DNA from: an uncultured Clostridia bacterium | GTDB lineage: Bacteria > Bacillota > Clostridia > TANB77 > CAG-508 | DNA: 64,000 nt | Direction of reading: 5' to 3' | Assembly (NCBI GenBank): GCA_944389745.1 | Contig: CALXNM010000003.1 | Location: forward strand, 1,464 to 65,463 | Part shown: positions 29,440-39,637 of the stretch, piece by piece | Position numbering within the stretch: position 1 is the first letter of the stretch | Layout: the number at the start of each line of letters is the position of its first letter | Notes under the pieces: model-generated | Told to the model about the DNA's origin: nothing | The model's input: only the letters and a program-made list of their open reading frames with translations | The model's database searches: none | Made by a program: the position numbers and the translations under genes

Positions 29440-30444
29440 ATGGTAGTTGGTTATATTAAAGAAAAGAAAAAAGGGAATAGGTTTGGGGAATGTTTTATAA
29501 GTGTGGAAATAAATTATTTTAATAATAATTATATTATAAGTATTTATCAGAATGGAAATTTAAATAAAAACAAAATTAGAAATTTACAAAAGGAAAGCAA
29601 AAAACAAGAAAAAATAATAAAAAAATTAATAAAAATTCTTAAACTATATAAAATAGATACTGTAGTTTTTTCAAAAGAAATAAAACCAGAGTTTCAAAAA
29701 GAGGTTATAGAAAGGCTTGAAAAAGATAATTATAATATTGATTATTTAAATGGTAAAAAATTAATGAAATATATGGACTTTGAAATAATAAATTATATTT
29801 TAGAAAAGCAAGAAGCGGATATGGAAAATGAAGAAATATACATTATCTTCAAAAGTGATAAAAACTATAATTTAAGCTTTAAAAGTAATTTAGAAATGAT
29901 AAAAAGTTTTTTAAATAAATATATTTATAATTTTAAACTTACCAATTTAGTATCAAATGATATTAGAGAATTAAAAAAATTGCAGGAATACATATTAGAA
30001 AAAGATAATATATTAGTATCTGTTTCTAATAATAAAAGAAAGGCATTAAAACGAGCAAAATATATATTAAATGTAAATTTGAAAAAGAGTGAATTAGAAA
30101 AATATAAAATAAATAGAAATGCAATAATAATTAATTTAGAAGAAAATGTTATATATAATGAACCAAGTTTTAATGGAATTAATGTAAACTATTTTGAATT
30201 AGAAATTCCAGATGAGTATATCGAAACTTTTGAAGAAATAGGTGAAAAATTTGATTTTGTTACTTTATATTATTCAAATATTTTAAGTACTTCAAACAAT
30301 GATGATATCAAAAATAGAATAAAAAAAGACAAAATAAGAATAAAATATCTAATTGGAAATAATGGAGAAATATCAACAGATGAACTAAAACGAATGGTCA
30401 AAAACTATATGATTGACCTTGACAAAAATCGAAAATTAGTTTAA
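29440..30444 (+). CDS. Hypothetical Lys/Asn-rich protein
   Basis: Long ORF with no recognised motif. The ATG follows AGGTGA plus 5 nt. Confidence 0.55.
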   Translation: MVVGYIKEKKKGNRFGECFISVEINYFNNNYIISIYQNGNLNKNKIRNLQKESKKQEKIIKKLIKILKLYKIDTVVFSKEIKPEFQKEVIERLEKDNYNIDYLNGKKLMKYMDFEIINYILEKQEADMENEEIYIIFKSDKNYNLSFKSNLEMIKSFLNKYIYNFKLTNLVSNDIRELKKLQEYILEKDNILVSVSNNKRKALKRAKYILNVNLKKSELEKYKINRNAIIINLEENVIYNEPSFNGINVNYFELEIPDEYIETFEEIGEKFDFVTLYYSNILSTSNNDDIKNRIKKDKIRIKYLIGNNGEISTDELKRMVKNYMIDLDKNRKLV

Positions 30445-30558
30445 TATATAACTTGTCTTAAAAAAGGCAGTGAAGGGGAGTATATTTAAAAAAATATACT
30501 TTTATTATTAATTCCCATAAAACAAAATTCCATTTAAACAAAAGGAAGGTGACACAAT

Positions 30559-31038
30559 ATGGATAATGAAAAAGAAGTTTTATTAACACAAGAAGGATAC
30601 GATAACTTAGAAAAAGAATTAGAGTATCTAGTAACAGAAAAAAGAGCTGAAATAGCTGAAAGAATTAAAGTAGCTTTAGGGTTTGGTGATTTATCAGAAA
30701 ACTCAGAATATGATGAAGCTAAAAATGCACAAGCTGCAAATGAAACAAAAATAGCAGAATTAGAGAATAAATTAAGATATGCTAAAATCATTGATGAATC
30801 TGAAATAAACACAAAAACAGTTCAAGTAGGAAATACTGTAAAAGTGTTAGACATGGAATTTAATGAAGAAGAAGTTTACACAATAGTAGGATCTACTGAA
30901 GTTGATTTATCACAAAATAAAATTTCAAATGAATCACCTATAGGTGCAGCATTAATGGGTGCTAAAAAAGGCCAAATAGTTGAGGCACAAGCTCCTGCAG
31001 GTGTTATAAAATATAAAATACTTTCAATCACAAAATAG
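30559..31038 (+). CDS. greA: Transcription elongation factor GreA
   Basis: [13 protein letters not shown] motif. Confidence 0.95.
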   Translation: MDNEKEVLLTQEGYDNLEKELEYLVTEKRAEIAERIKVALGFGDLSENSEYDEAKNAQAANETKIAELENKLRYAKIIDESEINTKTVQVGNTVKVLDMEFNEEEVYTIVGSTEVDLSQNKISNESPIGAALMGAKKGQIVEAQAPAGVIKYKILSITK

Positions 31039-31067
31039 GTAAGTAAAAAGAATAAAGGAATGATTAT

Positions 31068-34000
31068 ATGAAAAACTTACTTATAAAAAGATTAGAAGAA
31101 CATGAAAAATTTAATGAATTAGTAAATGAAATAAATTTGAAAAAAACCCCGATAAATGTATCGGGGTTAGAATTCGTGGCAAAATCACATGTTATTTCTA
31201 GTTTGCAAGATACCTTAAAAAGACCAATTTTGCTTGTAACATATAATGAATTACAAGCAAAACAGCTAGTAAAAGATTTAAGTTTTTTCGGAGAAAAAAT
31301 AGAGTATTTTGGAAAAAAAGAAATTGCTTCATATGACTATGTTTCTGGTAGCAAAGATTTGCCATATGAAAGAATAGATGTACTAAATAAAATATATGGT
31401 AGAGAAGTAAAGATTATTGTTACAACAATAGAAGCTTTGATGCAGAAAATAATTCCACAAAAAGTATTGTATAAAAACATACTTACTTTTACTGTTGGGA
31501 ATGTTTTTGAATGCTCGAATTTCTCAGGCAAAAAGAATTTAAATAATTTAAAGAATCTATTATTACTTCTTGGCTATGAAAGAAATGACATGGTAGAAAA
31601 TAGAGGACAATTCAGCATAAGAGGTGGAATTGTTGATATTGGTACATCAGAGAAAATTGGCGTCAGAGTAGAATTCTGGGGAGATGAAGTAGATTCTATT
31701 AGATATTTTAATATTAGTTCTCAAAGAACTACTGAAATGACAGATAAAGTAAATATACTTCCAGCACATGAATATCTTTTAGAATATAATGTAGAAGATG
31801 GTGTTTTGCCAGAATATTCAAATATTGTATCTACTATAACTAAAAAAATAGAAGATAAATATTTAGATAAAAACAAGATAATTTTTAAAAGTAGTAATGA
31901 TTCAAAATTAATTCAAAATATTCAGGCAGATATAGAAGCTATTCAAAATGGCGAATATATTAGCAAAATAGATAAATATTTTAATGAATTCTATAATGAA
32001 AATAATACTTTATTAGATTATTTACCAAGAAATTCATTAATAGTTGTTGATGAAAATCTAAAAATAAATCAAAGAATTGAAAACATAATAATAGAAAATA
32101 ATAATTTAATAAAATCATTAACTGAAAAAGATAGATTTGTTCCAGAGGCAATTAATAATATTAGTGAATTTAATAAAGAAGAATGGAATGATATATATAA
32201 TAAAAAACAAACTGTGTATGTGTATGAAAATTCAAATACTACAGTAAATAGAATTGAATTTAATTATAGACCAATTAATTTCTATAAAAGTGAAACTGAA
32301 TTATTAATAAAAGACATAAAAAAATGGCTAAAAGAAAATAAAGAAATAATAATTTTAGCAGGAAACAAAGAAAATATAGAAAAGATAAACAATCTATTAA
32401 TAGAAAATAAAATTGAAGGCTTTTCTGATAACAAAATAGATGAAGATAAACAAGCACAAATAAAGATAATGCCAGGAGGACTTTCAGCTGGTTTTGAAAG
32501 TTTTGATTTAAATCTAATAGTTATAAGTCTAGTAGAAGCTTTTTCTGGTGAAATAAAGAAAAGAAGAACTAGCAGTACCTTTAGACAGGGTGAAAAAGTT
32601 GTATTTGCAGATTTAAAACCAGGTGACTATGTTGTGCATAAAACACAGGGAATTGGTGAATTTGTTGGAGTTAACACAATCGAGGCTGATGGCGTTACAA
32701 AAGATTATATCAAAATTAGATATAAAAATGATGACATGCTATATGTTCCAACAAATAGTTTGGATAATGTAAGAAAATATATTGGTGGAGGAGATACAAC
32801 ACCTAAGCTTAATAGACTAGGAAGTAAAGAATGGGATAATACAAAAAACAGAGTAAAGAGAAATTTAAAAGAAGTAGCAAAAGATTTAATAGAATTATAT
32901 GCAAAAAGACAGAAAATAAAAGGTTTTGCTTTTAGTAAAGATACTGAATGGCAAAAACAATTTGAAGGAGAATTCCCATATCAAGAAACTGAAGACCAAT
33001 TAAGATGTATTGAGGAAGTAAAAAAAGATATGGAACTTCCAAGACCAATGGATAGATTGCTTTGTGGTGATGTTGGATATGGCAAAACAGAAGTTGCAAT
33101 AAGAGCAGCATTTAAAGCAGTAATGGATCACAAGCAAGTTGCATATTTAGTTCCAACTACAGTTTTAGCAAACCAACAATATGAAAGTTTTAAATCAAGA
33201 ATGGAAAATTTTGCAGTAAGAGTAGAATTATTAAATAGATTTAGAACTAAAAAAGAACAAAATGAAGTAGTTAAAAAGTTAAAATTAGGTGAAGTTGATG
33301 TTGTTATAGGAACACATAGATTATTAAGTAAAGATGTTGAATTTAAAGATTTAGGACTACTTATAATTGATGAAGAGCATCGTTTTGGAGTAAAAGATAA
33401 AGAAAAAATAAAAAAATTAAAAACAAATGTAGATGTATTAACAATGACAGCAACACCAATACCTAGAACACTTCATATGTCTATTTTAGGTGTTAGAGAT
33501 ATGTCAGTTATATATGAACCACCTCAAAATAGAAGACCAGTTCAGACATATGTATTAGAATATGATGAAGAAGTTATAAGAGAAGCTATAACAAAAGAGC
33601 TTGAGAGAAATGGTCAAGTATTTTATTTATATAATAATGTTGAAAATATAGCTAGAAAAGCAATGGAAATATCAGAGCTAGTACCTGAAGCCAAAGTAGA
33701 ATTTGCACATGGAAAAATGACTGGTAGAGAACTTGAAGATATAATGGAAAGATTTATCAATAAAGAAATAGATGTATTAGTCTGTACAACCATTTTAGAA
33801 TCTGGTATAGATATACCAAATGCAAATACAATAATAGTTGAAAATGCAGATAGATTAGGATTAGCTCAACTGTACCAAATAAGAGGTAGAGTTGGTAGAA
33901 GTGATAAGCAAGCATATGCATATGTAACATATAAAAGAGATAAACTATTATCAGAAGTTGCAGATAAGAGGTTAAAGGCTATACGTGAATTTACTGAATT

Positions 34001-34625
34001 TGGTTCTGGATTTAAAATAGCAATGAGAGATTTAGAAATAAGAGGGGCAGGAAGCCTACTTGGAGAAATACAACATGGTCACATGGAACAAGTTGGTTAT
34101 GATACTTATTGCAATTTGTTAGACCAAGTTGTTAAAGAAATGCAAGGAATTGAAGTAGAAGAAGAACAAGACATTCAAATAGATATAGATATATCAAGCT
34201 ATATTCCAGATTCGTATATAGACAATAGTAGTCAAAAAATTGAAGTATATCAAAATATTGCTCTATGCAGAACTGAAGAAGATATACAAAATGTAATTGA
34301 TGAAATTATAGATAGATATGGTGTAATGCCAAAAGAATTAGAAAATCTAATTGAAGTAGCTAGAATAAAAGAATTGTGTAGAACAGCTGGAGTAATAAAA
34401 ATAACTGAGAAAAAGAATATGTTTACAAATAATCAAAATGTAGTATTCTATTTTGACAAGAATAAATATAATCCAGAAATTGTGGATAAGCTATTAAAGA
34501 AATATAACACAAAAATTAAATTTTCAGCAGGTATTGAACCATATATTACCTTAATTCTTAAGGAATTAAATGATGAAGAACTTATTAAGGAAATTAAAGA
34601 GTTTTTAAATTCAGTAATTCAGTAA
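31068..34625 (+). CDS. mfd: Transcription-repair coupling factor
   Basis: 1185 aa. GDVGYGKTEV, DEEHRFG, TATPIPRTL, QIRGRVGRS. Confidence 0.96.
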   Translation: MKNLLIKRLEEHEKFNELVNEINLKKTPINVSGLEFVAKSHVISSLQDTLKRPILLVTYNELQAKQLVKDLSFFGEKIEYFGKKEIASYDYVSGSKDLPYERIDVLNKIYGREVKIIVTTIEALMQKIIPQKVLYKNILTFTVGNVFECSNFSGKKNLNNLKNLLLLLGYERNDMVENRGQFSIRGGIVDIGTSEKIGVRVEFWGDEVDSIRYFNISSQRTTEMTDKVNILPAHEYLLEYNVEDGVLPEYSNIVSTITKKIEDKYLDKNKIIFKSSNDSKLIQNIQADIEAIQNGEYISKIDKYFNEFYNENNTLLDYLPRNSLIVVDENLKINQRIENIIIENNNLIKSLTEKDRFVPEAINNISEFNKEEWNDIYNKKQTVYVYENSNTTVNRIEFNYRPINFYKSETELLIKDIKKWLKENKEIIILAGNKENIEKINNLLIENKIEGFSDNKIDEDKQAQIKIMPGGLSAGFESFDLNLIVISLVEAFSGEIKKRRTSSTFRQGEKVVFADLKPGDYVVHKTQGIGEFVGVNTIEADGVTKDYIKIRYKNDDMLYVPTNSLDNVRKYIGGGDTTPKLNRLGSKEWDNTKNRVKRNLKEVAKDLIELYAKRQKIKGFAFSKDTEWQKQFEGEFPYQETEDQLRCIEEVKKDMELPRPMDRLLCGDVGYGKTEVAIRAAFKAVMDHKQVAYLVPTTVLANQQYESFKSRMENFAVRVELLNRFRTKKEQNEVVKKLKLGEVDVVIGTHRLLSKDVEFKDLGLLIIDEEHRFGVKDKEKIKKLKTNVDVLTMTATPIPRTLHMSILGVRDMSVIYEPPQNRRPVQTYVLEYDEEVIREAITKELERNGQVFYLYNNVENIARKAMEISELVPEAKVEFAHGKMTGRELEDIMERFINKEIDVLVCTTILESGIDIPNANTIIVENADRLGLAQLYQIRGRVGRSDKQAYAYVTYKRDKLLSEVADKRLKAIREFTEFGSGFKIAMRDLEIRGAGSLLGEIQHGHMEQVGYDTYCNLLDQVVKEMQGIEVEEEQDIQIDIDISSYIPDSYIDNSSQKIEVYQNIALCRTEEDIQNVIDEIIDRYGVMPKELENLIEVARIKELCRTAGVIKITEKKNMFTNNQNVVFYFDKNKYNPEIVDKLLKKYNTKIKFSAGIEPYITLILKELNDEELIKEIKEFLNSVIQ

Positions 34626-34650
34626 TAAAAAGGAAGGATTGAAATAAATT

Positions 34651-35436
34651 ATGAATATCATTTCAAGCAAAGATAATGAAATAGTAAAGAGTATAAGAAA
34701 ATTAAAAGAAAAAAAGTATAGAGATATAGAAAATTCATATGTTATAGAAGGAATAAAACTTATAAAAGAAGCAATAGAGGAAAAAGCTGTAATAAAACAA
34801 ATTGTTGTGTGTGAAGAATTTTCAGATGAAGAAGTAGATAAGGACACTATGTTTGAACTAGCAAGACATAATTTAGTATATGTAACTAAATCTGTGTTTA
34901 ATATAATTACTGATGTAAAAACACCACAAGGAATTATTGCAGTTGTAGAAAAAAAGCAAAACGAAGATGCAAACTACAAAGAAGATATAATCATTGCTTT
35001 AGATGATATACAAGATCCAGGTAATTTAGGAACAATTTTAAGAACAATAGATAGTGCCAATTTAAAACAAATTATAGTATCTAAAAACACGGTAGATGTA
35101 TACAATCCAAAAGTTGTAAGATCAACTATGGGAGCAATTTTTAGAATTAATGTGGTTGAAGCTGATAACCTAAAAGAAGAATTAGAAAATGCGAAAGCAA
35201 ATGGCTATAAAGTAATGGTAACTACATTAGATGCTAAAAAGAATATCTATAATGCTGATTATAACAAAACAGTTATAATAATAGGAAATGAAGCTAAAGG
35301 AGTTTCTAAAGAAATAAAAGATATTGCTGATGAAAAGGTAATAATACCAATGCTTGGTAAAACAGAAAGTTTAAATGCTTCTGTTGCTGCTAGTATTATG
35401 ATTTATGAGTTTGTTAGAAGAAAATTAGGCCAATAG
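34651..35436 (+). CDS. TrmH/SpoU-family RNA 2'-O-methyltransferase
   Basis: DPGNLGTILRT, IGNEAKGVS, ESLNASVAASIMIYE. Confidence 0.85.
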   Translation: MNIISSKDNEIVKSIRKLKEKKYRDIENSYVIEGIKLIKEAIEEKAVIKQIVVCEEFSDEEVDKDTMFELARHNLVYVTKSVFNIITDVKTPQGIIAVVEKKQNEDANYKEDIIIALDDIQDPGNLGTILRTIDSANLKQIIVSKNTVDVYNPKVVRSTMGAIFRINVVEADNLKEELENAKANGYKVMVTTLDAKKNIYNADYNKTVIIIGNEAKGVSKEIKDIADEKVIIPMLGKTESLNASVAASIMIYEFVRRKLGQ

Positions 35437-35507
35437 AAAAGGGTTTACCTAGTTAAAACGTTAATTATTTGTCAACTTAAAAGCAAAGTAAGAGAAAGGG
35501 TAAAAAG

Positions 35508-35945
35508 ATGAAATTAGTAGTTCAAAGAGTAAAAAATGCAAAAGTAGATATAGATAATAAAACAGTAGGAAGTATAGATAAAGGTTTTTTAGTATTACTT
35601 GGAGTAACACATACAGATACAAAAGAAGTGGCAGATTATTTAGTTAAAAAACTATGTAATTTAAGAGTATTTGAAGATGAAAACGGAAAAATGAATTTAA
35701 GTATAAAAGATGTTAATGGAAAACTGCTAATTGTATCTCAATTTACACTTTATGCAGATTGTACTGGTGGAAATCGTCCATCATTCATAAATGCAGCCAA
35801 ACCAGATATGGCAAATGAACTATATGAATACTTCTGTGATAAATGTAAAACAACAGGAATAGAAGTGCAAAAAGGAATATTTGGGGCTGATATGAAGGTG
35901 AGCCTTTTAAATGATGGACCAGTAACAATTATATTAGATAAATAG
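35508..35945 (+). CDS. dtd: D-aminoacyl-tRNA deacylase
   Basis: MKLVVQRV...[15 protein letters not shown]. Confidence 0.93.
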   Translation: MKLVVQRVKNAKVDIDNKTVGSIDKGFLVLLGVTHTDTKEVADYLVKKLCNLRVFEDENGKMNLSIKDVNGKLLIVSQFTLYADCTGGNRPSFINAAKPDMANELYEYFCDKCKTTGIEVQKGIFGADMKVSLLNDGPVTIILDK

Positions 35946-35950
35946 AAGTG

Positions 35951-35977
35951 TGCCAAAGGGGACAGACCCCTTTGGCA
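35951..35977. repeat. GGACAGACC-core hairpin, copy C
   Basis: tgccaaagggg-ACAGA-cccctttggca, between convergent dtd and the crp-family gene. Confidence 0.8.
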
Positions 35978-35983
35978 TTTGTA

Positions 35984-36616
35984 TTATTTATAAAGAAGAG
36001 TAATTCTTCTTCCTTTTACTTCAATAAGATGGTCTTCTTTTAAATGCTTTAATTCTCTAAACATAGCTGATCTATTAACACCCATGTAATCTGCTAAATC
36101 TTTTAAAGAAAAAGGAAGATAGATACGTCTTAAATATGATTTTCTATATTCAATTTCAAAATATTCAAGGAGTTTATCACGAATTTGTTTTTTTTCTAGA
36201 ACTCTAATTCTCTCATTTTTTTCTTTTATTTTTTCGTTTGTTATATCAAATAAATTCCTTAAAAATATATTATAATAATTATGATTTAAATTGTTAGGAC
36301 TTATTAATTTATCATAATCTATTACAACAACTTTAGAATTTTCTTTTGCTATGATTTCATAATTTTCATTATTAGTTAAAGATATGTTAGTACCAAATAC
36401 AGAATTTAATTCTAGATTTTCTATAATTATTTCATTACCATTGTATTCTATATTCTTAATTTGAGCAGAACCTTCGGTTATAATTCCTACAATATTACCG
36501 TATTTTATAGTGGGAAGTATTTCTTGGTTTTTACTAAAAGTATAAATATGTACACCTAATAAATCATATAATTTATTTATTTGAAATTTTGTTAATCCAT
36601 CAAATGGACTATTCAT
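35984..36616 (-). CDS. Crp/Fnr-family transcriptional regulator
   Basis: cNMP-binding-like N-terminal domain and a C-terminal HTH (LKDLADYMGVNRSAMFRELKHL). Confidence 0.8.
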   Translation of the reverse strand: MNSPFDGLTKFQINKLYDLLGVHIYTFSKNQEILPTIKYGNIVGIITEGSAQIKNIEYNGNEIIIENLELNSVFGTNISLTNNENYEIIAKENSKVVVIDYDKLISPNNLNHNYYNIFLRNLFDITNEKIKEKNERIRVLEKKQIRDKLLEYFEIEYRKSYLRRIYLPFSLKDLADYMGVNRSAMFRELKHLKEDHLIEVKGRRITLLYK

Positions 36617-36678
36617 AATAATCACCCAAAATTATTTTAACAAAAAAATAAAAAAGGTGCAAGTGCAACTTGTAAGTT

Positions 36679-36702
36679 CTAAATTTTATTAATAAAATTT
36701 AG
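36679..36702. promoter_or_regulatory. Perfect 24-bp palindrome, candidate operator in the crp-family/nrdD divergent region
   Basis: CTAAATTTTATT|AATAAAATTTAG. Confidence 0.45.
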
Positions 36703-36747
36703 GCAACTTAAATAGTAAAAAATGAAAAAACAGGGGGTACAAAAGAC

Positions 36748-38940
36748 ATGAAAATCGTTAAAAGAGATGGTCATATCGTAGATTACAATCCAGATAAGAT
36801 AAGGATTGCAATAGGAAAAGCAAACAATGAAGTAAAAGGAAGAAACAAAGCTTCTAAAGAACAAATCGAAGAAATAATTAAGTATATTGAAGACTTAAAT
36901 AAAAAAAGAATTTTGGTTGAAGATATACAGGACATCATAGAAGAAAAATTGATGGAATTTGATAAATATCAATTAGCAAAAAAATATATCACATACAGAT
37001 ATACAAGAGAATTAGTTAGAAAAGCAAATACAACAGATCAATCTATTAAAGAATTAATAGAAGGAGAAAATGAATATTGGAATAATGAAAATTCTAATAA
37101 AAATGCAGAAGTAGTAACAACACAAAGAGATTATTTAGCAGGAATTACAAGTACTGATATAACTAGAAGATTTTTACTCCCTGAAGACATAGTAAAAGCT
37201 CATGATGAAGGAATAATCCACTTCCATGATGCAGATTATTTTGCACAAAATGCACTACATAACTGTGAACTAATTAACTTAGATGATATGTTACAAAATG
37301 GAACAGTTATAAATGGTGTTATGATAGAAAAACCACATAGATTTATAACTGCTGCAACTATAGCAACACAAATAATATTAGCTGTTACATCATCAAGTTA
37401 TGGTGGAGCTACTGTTTCACTTTCACATTTAGCACCTTTTGTTAGAGCAAGTTATGAAAAATATTTGAAAAAATATGAAAGTAGAAATTTAAGCAAAAAA
37501 GATTGCGAAAAATTTGCAATGCAAGATACTAAAAAAGAAGTTGAAGATGGAGTTCAAACATTTAATTATCAAGTAAATTCTATGACAAATACAAACGGAC
37601 AAGCACCATTCTTATCAGTATGTATGTACTTAGGTGAAACAGATGAATATAAAGATGAACTTGCAATGATAATTGAAGAATTCTTAAAACAAAGAATACT
37701 AGGATTTAAAAATGAAAAAGGTGTATATATAACACCAGCATTTCCAAAACTTCTATATATTCTAGAAGAAGATAATATTCATGAAGACAGTAAATACTGG
37801 TATTTAACTAAGCTTGCTGCTGAATGTACAGCAAAAAGAATGGTACCAGACTATATTTCTGAAAAAGTAATGAAAGAATTAAAGAAAAATGAGTTAGGAA
37901 ATGGAGAATGCTATCCATGTATGGGATGTAGATCATTCCTTACTCCAGATAGAACAATGAGCCTTGGAAATATTGCAAAAGCTAGAAACTATGTTGAAGG
38001 TAAAGGTAAATATTATGGAAGATTTAACCAAGGTGTTGTAACTATAAATTTACCAGATGTTGCACTTTCATCTGATGGAGATATGGATAAATTCTGGAAA
38101 ATATTTGATGAAAGATTAGAATTATGCCATAAAGCATTACAAATAAGACATAAGAGATTAAGTAATGCAACAAGTGATGTAGCACCTATACTATGGCAAC
38201 ATGGAGCATTAGCAAGATTAGAAAAAGGTGAATCAATTCATGAACTATTACATCATGGATACTCAACAATTTCACTTGGTTATGCAGGACTATATGAATG
38301 TGTTAAATTTATGACAGGACATTCACATACAGATAATGGAGAAGGAAAAGAATTTGGATTAGCTGTTATGCAAAAATTAAATGATGCTACAGCAAAATGG
38401 AAAAAAGAAGAAGATATAGACTACTCTGTTTATGGTTCTCCAATAGAATCAACTACATATAAATTTGCTAAATGCTTAAAAGAAAGATTTGGAATAGTTA
38501 AAGGTATAACAGATAGAAACTATATTACAAACTCATACCATGTGCCTGTTTTTGAAGAAATAGATGCATTCTCAAAATTAAAACTTGAAAGTGAATTCCA
38601 AAAATTAAGTCCAGGTGGAGCTATCTCATACATAGAAACACCAAACTTACAAAATAACCTAGACTCAATACTAGAAGTTATTAAATTTATATATGATAAT
38701 ATCATGTACGCTGAATTAAATACAAAATCAGACTATTGTCAAAAATGTGGATATTCAGGAGAAATATTGATAGACGAGAATTTGGAATGGTATTGCCCAA
38801 ATTGTGGAAATAGAGACCACAATACATTAAATGTTGCAAGACGTACATGTGGATATATAGGAACTAATTTCTGGAACAAAGGAAGAACTCAAGAAATAAA
38901 AGAAAGAGTATTACATTTAGATAATAAGGTGGCTGATTAA
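36748..38940 (+). CDS. nrdD: Anaerobic ribonucleoside-triphosphate reductase
   Basis: ATP-cone N-terminus. C-terminal CxxC..CxxC ribbon and glycyl-radical motif RRTCGYIG. Confidence 0.95.
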   Translation: MKIVKRDGHIVDYNPDKIRIAIGKANNEVKGRNKASKEQIEEIIKYIEDLNKKRILVEDIQDIIEEKLMEFDKYQLAKKYITYRYTRELVRKANTTDQSIKELIEGENEYWNNENSNKNAEVVTTQRDYLAGITSTDITRRFLLPEDIVKAHDEGIIHFHDADYFAQNALHNCELINLDDMLQNGTVINGVMIEKPHRFITAATIATQIILAVTSSSYGGATVSLSHLAPFVRASYEKYLKKYESRNLSKKDCEKFAMQDTKKEVEDGVQTFNYQVNSMTNTNGQAPFLSVCMYLGETDEYKDELAMIIEEFLKQRILGFKNEKGVYITPAFPKLLYILEEDNIHEDSKYWYLTKLAAECTAKRMVPDYISEKVMKELKKNELGNGECYPCMGCRSFLTPDRTMSLGNIAKARNYVEGKGKYYGRFNQGVVTINLPDVALSSDGDMDKFWKIFDERLELCHKALQIRHKRLSNATSDVAPILWQHGALARLEKGESIHELLHHGYSTISLGYAGLYECVKFMTGHSHTDNGEGKEFGLAVMQKLNDATAKWKKEEDIDYSVYGSPIESTTYKFAKCLKERFGIVKGITDRNYITNSYHVPVFEEIDAFSKLKLESEFQKLSPGGAISYIETPNLQNNLDSILEVIKFIYDNIMYAELNTKSDYCQKCGYSGEILIDENLEWYCPNCGNRDHNTLNVARRTCGYIGTNFWNKGRTQEIKERVLHLDNKVAD

Positions 38941-38941
38941 C

Positions 38942-39433
38942 GTGAGATATAATTTAATTAGAAAAATGGATATATCCAATGGACCAGGAGTAAGAGTATC
39001 AATATTTATGCAAGGTTGTGAATTTCACTGTAAGAATTGTTTTAATCCAGAAACATGGAACTTTAAAGATGGAAAAGAGTTTAATGCTCAAACTATAGAT
39101 AAAGTTTTAGAACTATGTGAAAAGGACTATGTAGTTGGACTATCAATACTTGGAGGAGAGCCTATGCATCAGGCCAATATTGAAGGAACTAAAAAGCTTG
39201 CAAAAGCTTTTAAAGAAAAATATCCAAATAAAAGTGTATGGGCATGGTCAGGATTTAGATTTGAAGACTTAAAAGATAAGGATGTTTTAAAATATATTGA
39301 TGTATTAGTAGATGGACAATACAAAGATGAATTACATGATCCAACACTAAAATGGAGAGGTTCTTCAAATCAAAGAGTAATAGATGTTCAAAAATCTTTA
39401 AAAGATGGGAAAATAGACTTTATAGAACAATAA
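38942..39433 (+). CDS. nrdG: Anaerobic RNR activating protein (radical SAM)
   Basis: CEFHCKNCFNP cluster motif. GTG start 1 nt after the nrdD stop. Confidence 0.9.
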   Translation: MRYNLIRKMDISNGPGVRVSIFMQGCEFHCKNCFNPETWNFKDGKEFNAQTIDKVLELCEKDYVVGLSILGGEPMHQANIEGTKKLAKAFKEKYPNKSVWAWSGFRFEDLKDKDVLKYIDVLVDGQYKDELHDPTLKWRGSSNQRVIDVQKSLKDGKIDFIEQ

Positions 39434-39500
39434 AAATAAATTGAACCCGAATTATTAGACAAAAGCAGTTTAATAAAGAGGGCTCATTTTTTTAAAAGTA

Positions 39501-39529
39501 TTGAAAATACTGTGAAAAAAAGGTATAAT
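39501..39529 (+). promoter_or_regulatory. SigA promoter for aspS
   Basis: TTGAAA, 17 nt, TATAAT. Confidence 0.6.
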
Positions 39530-39637
39530 ATATACCGTATGTAAAATTTTGTTTTCATGTATAAAACATTTATGTAATAAACATGAAAAATATATACAAA
39601 TGTATTAAAAAATCAAAATAAAAGGAATGGTAATTAT

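Noticed and set aside
36679-36864. 61-aa minus-strand ORF overlapping the nrdD start region.
   Set aside because: It has no RBS, overlaps the nrdD 5' end and the palindrome, and gives a low-complexity translation.
39434-39637. T-box riboswitch upstream of aspS (and likewise upstream of alaS at 55560-55661).
   Set aside because: I could not find the conserved T-box sequence (GGTGG..ACCGCG-like) or a specifier-loop architecture. Only an ordinary promoter and short hairpins are visible.
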